This document shows, piece by piece, positions 60,528-64,000 of a stretch of DNA of 64,000 nt. The notes under the pieces are model-generated. The model saw only the letters and a program-made list of their open reading frames with translations, was not told the DNA's origin and ran no database searches. The DNA is from an uncultured Desulfovibrionaceae bacterium (GTDB taxonomy: Bacteria; Desulfobacterota; Desulfovibrionia; Desulfovibrionales; Desulfovibrionaceae), in the NCBI GenBank assembly GCA_949741925.1, contig CATJOY010000029.1:4185-68184 (forward strand), written 5' to 3'. The position numbers and the translations under genes are program-made. Position 1 is the stretch's first letter, and each line of letters starts with the position of its first letter.

Positions 60528-61871
60528 CTATAGGGGCGGGAACAGATCCGGGTTCTCAAGGCCCATGGCCGAGTAAACATAGGCCAGAGCAATCAGCTGG
60601 TCTGCCTGAGCGCCTGTCAAGGCCACCTCGGCGGCGGTCAGCTTGGCCTGGGCATCCAAAACATCCAAAAAGATACCTGCCTGGGATTGGTAGCGGGCCA
60701 CGGCCATGCGGTAGGCCTCCTTAGCCTGTTCAAGGCCTTTTTGCGCTACCTTGATGCGTTTTTCGGCCTCATCCAGGTCGAGCAGGCGCGAGGTGATCTC
60801 ATAGGCGATTTCCTGACGCAGGTTGTTTGCTTCGGCTTGGAGGCGGAGTTTGGTTTGTTTGGCGGCTTCCACAGTATAGCGGGTGCTGCCCCATGACCAG
60901 AGCTGCCATTCCCCGGTCACGCCCACGGTCCAATTGCTGAAGCGTGTAGAATCTAGGGTGCTGCCGGAAACATGCGGTCTGTCTCCCTGTGTGGCCCATC
61001 TGCCCTCGGCGTTGATTTGAGGAAACAGCCCGCTGCGGGCTATGGAGACATCTTTATCAGCAATTTCTATGGATTTTTGGGCCATAATCAAATCGGGCCG
61101 TTTGGCATAGGCCGTGGCCAAGCAATTTTCCAGAGCGCCGGCAAAGGGGATATGCTCAAGGCTGCCGGTGTAGGTCGCCGGGGTTGCGGCGTCGATGACC
61201 AGCAGGGTGTTCAGCCGGGCTACTTTGGTTTCATAGTCGTTGGTGGCCTGGAGCAACCGGTTTTCCGCCGTGGCCACGTCAACCTCAGCCTGGAGCACGT
61301 CCAGGCGGGGCGAGAGGCCTACGTCATAAAAAGCCTTGGTGGATTGCAGCTGCGAGACCAAGCGATCTAGGGAATCCCGGGCGCTGCGTACATTTTCCCG
61401 GGCCTGGAGCAGCAGGAAAAAGTTTTCCTGCACGGTCCTGATCAATTCAAGGCGGGCCCGGGCCATGCCCGCGGCAGTGTTTTCTTTTTCCAGTGCCGAT
61501 TTTTGATAGGTGGATAAGGTGGCAAAGCCGGCAAAGACGTTTTGCCGGAGGGATACGCTCCAGGCATAAAGATCGTCGTCCTGTTCGCGTCCCCCCGAGA
61601 GCGTTTTGTGCTGGCGTTTTTGATAGCCGTATTCCGTGCTCAGAACCGGACCAAAGGAACCGCGCGCCGCCTTACGGGAATTTTCGGCGGCCTGCATGGA
61701 GTGGGCGGCGGCGGTAATAGTGAAGTTTTCCTTGAGCGCGCGCTCTACGGCTTTGGCCAGGTCATACGCTTCGGCTCGAGCAAGGCCGACGGACACCAAA
61801 ACCAGAAAGGCCGCAACAACGGCGGAAGCCGCCCGAAATGAATCCCGCCGGGCGGGGCACAGCAGCAGCAT
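60528..61871 (-). CDS. tolC: TolC-family outer-membrane efflux channel
   Basis: Start MLLLCPARR (61871) follows aaggag. Signal peptide ends ...VGLARA|EAY. Two internally repeated coiled-coil/beta-barrel halves typical of OEP proteins. Confidence 0.85.
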   Translation of the reverse strand: MLLLCPARRDSFRAASAVVAAFLVLVSVGLARAEAYDLAKAVERALKENFTITAAAHSMQAAENSRKAARGSFGPVLSTEYGYQKRQHKTLSGGREQDDDLYAWSVSLRQNVFAGFATLSTYQKSALEKENTAAGMARARLELIRTVQENFFLLLQARENVRSARDSLDRLVSQLQSTKAFYDVGLSPRLDVLQAEVDVATAENRLLQATNDYETKVARLNTLLVIDAATPATYTGSLEHIPFAGALENCLATAYAKRPDLIMAQKSIEIADKDVSIARSGLFPQINAEGRWATQGDRPHVSGSTLDSTRFSNWTVGVTGEWQLWSWGSTRYTVEAAKQTKLRLQAEANNLRQEIAYEITSRLLDLDEAEKRIKVAQKGLEQAKEAYRMAVARYQSQAGIFLDVLDAQAKLTAAEVALTGAQADQLIALAYVYSAMGLENPDLFPPL

Positions 61872-62218
61872 GGAGCATCTCCTTGGTCGGAGCGTTTTGC
61901 CATGAGACCTTCGTGGTAGAAAAAGTCTTCCGGCGGGGTAACGCCGTTGCGTCCGCGGCACGGCCGTCTTTGGGCCTTGCCTTGATGGGGCGGCTGCCGC
62001 GGGCGCACGGACGGCATGGAACAACGACTATCAAGAACGACGGGAGCTTGTCCAGCAGCAGAAGGAGTGTGCCGACGAAGGAAGGCGCGCCGGGCATCAT
62101 CAGCGGCGCCCGCGCGCACGTATCCGTAGCACAGAACAGGCCAGCCTGGATGCCCCATGGCATAGCCGGAGTGCTCCATTGGATACGGCCGTTTAATCGA
62201 AGCGGGGGCCGGCGGCGT

Positions 62219-63061
62219 TCAGGCTTTTTGGCAGCCCGGGCAAAAGACGGTGGTTCGGCCTGCAACAACGCATTTCCGCAGTTTTTTCCCGCAGACGCGG
62301 CAGCTCTCTCCGCTTCTTCCGTACACCATGAAGGTATTCTGAAAAGCCCCGGCATTCCCCTCGGCATCGCGGTAATCTCTGATGGAACTGCCGCATTGGC
62401 GGATAGATTCGCGGAGTACTTCCTGCAAGGCGTTTCCAAGAGCAGTGAGGCGCGGCAGGCCCAGACGGTCCGCCTGGACATCCGGCCGGATGCCGGCTTT
62501 GTACAGGGATTCATCGGCATAGATATTACCGATGCCCGCGATGACCTCCTGGTTCAGCAAAAGCGCTTTGATGCGGCCACGCCGTGAAACGAGACGCTCA
62601 GCAATGGCTGAGGGAGGCGTCTCCAGTGGTTCCGGACCAAGTGCCGCCCAAAAGGACCAGTGGGCGAACTCCTCCGGCCGCATGACGCGGCAATAGCCGA
62701 AACGCCGGACGTCGTCGAAAAAGAGCAAACGCTCTTCATCCTCCGGTTCGGATTGTAAACAAAAGGTCAGCCTGGTATGTTTGTGGGATTCGGTTCCGGC
62801 GGGATGCACAAAGAGCCGACCAGTCATTTTCAGATGAAAAGCCAGGCTCAGCGGCTCATTGTCCGCGCAGGCCGCATTGATGAGCAGCAGTTTAGCCCGT
62901 CTCCGGACAGCCTCTATCCGGGCTCCTTCAAGGCGCGGTAGAAGCTCGCGGCCAGCCTGGATGGCTTTGGGGTCCAGTATCCGCGGGGCACTGATACGAC
63001 GGCCGAGTACCTGGGGGGCCAGGGTTCGGGCGACTGTTTCTACTTCCGGCAATTCAGGCAT
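62219..63061 (-). CDS. mutM: formamidopyrimidine-DNA glycosylase
   Basis: MPELPEVETV N-terminus (start 63061). H2TH segment GIGNIYADESLYKAGI. C-terminal zinc finger CRVCGKKL...CPGCQK. Confidence 0.93.
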   Translation of the reverse strand: MPELPEVETVARTLAPQVLGRRISAPRILDPKAIQAGRELLPRLEGARIEAVRRRAKLLLINAACADNEPLSLAFHLKMTGRLFVHPAGTESHKHTRLTFCLQSEPEDEERLLFFDDVRRFGYCRVMRPEEFAHWSFWAALGPEPLETPPSAIAERLVSRRGRIKALLLNQEVIAGIGNIYADESLYKAGIRPDVQADRLGLPRLTALGNALQEVLRESIRQCGSSIRDYRDAEGNAGAFQNTFMVYGRSGESCRVCGKKLRKCVVAGRTTVFCPGCQKA

Positions 63062-63193
63062 AGGAAAATTCTCATCCCTGGGGGTAGATACCCCGGAATC
63101 GGGCATCCCGGGGTATCGTCACGGGCCATTCGTTGTGTTTGCGCCCGGTTCCCGTTGGCAGAAGCAGACGAGAGCCGGGGCAAAAACCGTTTC

Positions 63194-64000
63194 TTAATCC
63201 CAGACCCGTTTATCTTCGATGAGCTTCAGTTGCGCGGGCAGGGTGCCGGGGCTGAGCACCTTCAGTTCCGGCCGCAGCTTGATGCGTTCCCGGAAAAGAT
63301 GCAACAGTTCGTCCTCGCGTTTGAAGTTGTTGGCTTCGATGAACAGGACCATTTCATCAATGCCGTTGGGGTTGGTGACCTCAATTTGCCAGCGTTTGAT
63401 TTCCTCGAAGCGGGCGATAACCTGTTCCACCTGGTGGGGGTAGACGAACATGCCCTTAATGCGGGCCGTGGTATCCACCCGGCCGACAATGGAGTGCAGG
63501 CGGGGGCTGGTTCGGCCGCAGGCGCAGGGAGCGCGGTCAATATAGGAGATGTCGCCCGTGGCCAGGCGAATCAGCGGATAGGTCTTGTTGAAGGCCGTGA
63601 CCACGATCTCGCCCACTTCTCCATCCTTTAGGGGAATGCCCGTATCCGGATGGCAGATTTCTACATAGGCCCGGTTGGCGATGTGCAGGCCGTTCTTGTG
63701 GAAGCATTCGTAGCCGATGCAGCCCACGTCGGCGGTGCCGTACCCTTGGCGCATAATCAGGTCGAACTTTTTCTCTAACTGGTTACGCATCTTTTCAGAG
63801 AATTTTTCGCCGGTGACAAAGGCAACTTCCAGGAACAGATCCTTGCGCAGGTTGAGGCCCTTTTCTTCGCCTTTCTGGGCCAGGTGCAGCAGGTAGCTTG
63901 GCGTGCCCACATAGCCGGAAACACGCAGTTTCTGCATAATTTCTATCTGGGTGGCGGCGTTGCCGGGACCGGCGGGCACCACGGCGCAACCGAGATTCCG
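63194..64000 (-). CDS. paaK: phenylacetate--CoA ligase family enzyme (PaaK/F390-synthetase-like), C-terminal part; the 5' end lies beyond the window
   Basis: The frame is open to 64000 (...RNLGCAVVPAGPGNAATQIEIMQKL). GYGTADVG, GEIVVTAF...PLIRLATGDI, and GRVDTTARIKGMFVYPHQVEQV. Confidence 0.8.
   Translation of the reverse strand, partial: RNLGCAVVPAGPGNAATQIEIMQKLRVSGYVGTPSYLLHLAQKGEEKGLNLRKDLFLEVAFVTGEKFSEKMRNQLEKKFDLIMRQGYGTADVGCIGYECFHKNGLHIANRAYVEICHPDTGIPLKDGEVGEIVVTAFNKTYPLIRLATGDISYIDRAPCACGRTSPRLHSIVGRVDTTARIKGMFVYPHQVEQVIARFEEIKRWQIEVTNPNGIDEMVLFIEANNFKREDELLHLFRERIKLRPELKVLSPGTLPAQLKLIEDKRVWD

Overview
High-GC (about 60% by eye) chromosomal segment, mostly core genome. Gene content points to a Desulfovibrionaceae-type sulfate reducer, but that taxon call is inference from a D. 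africanus-like PFOR, Tol-Pal, menaquinone genes and HDOD/HD-GYP/MCP signalling. I support 46 coding regions or gene remnants and one tRNA-Ala(GGC). They are: thiL (partial), uvrD-family helicase, fadD-like ligase, tolQ-tolR-tolA-tolB-(extra secreted ORF)-pal, HDOD protein, queF, por (PFOR), pta, zupT, an acidic repeat protein, a 67-aa MucR-N-like ORF, ubiE/menG, a TviB-like sugar dehydrogenase, a polyprenyl synthase, a YidC-like/LtaS-like fusion, TagF-like, TagD-like, priA, galU, glmM, a VUT/YhhQ transporter, an RND pump with its MFP, an ABC exporter with periplasmic MsrB-MsrA, an MCP, kbp, a YegP/DUF1508 protein, an HD-GYP response regulator, a small Cys-rich ORF, menA, two gene remnants (methylaspartate ammonia-lyase and a sigma-54 activator), cls, deoC, asdA, a DUF1328 peptide, tolC, mutM and paaK (partial). 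No CRISPR array, rRNA, prophage, integrase, transposase or recognisable defence system was found. The most unusual content is a teichoic-acid-style CDP-glycerol module whose central gene fuses a YidC/Oxa1-like core to a polytopic LtaS/sulfatase-type transferase. Next is a dispersed about 48-nt GC-rich multi-hairpin element (4 good copies and 1 degenerate copy). One pair of these copies bounds a 549-bp MITE-like unit with nested inverted repeats, and two more sit in a 287-bp-period tandem repeat. A small gene-decay locus and an acidic disordered protein with six 21-bp/heptad repeats are also worth a look. All calls rest on reading the sequence and ORF translations; no database search was run.
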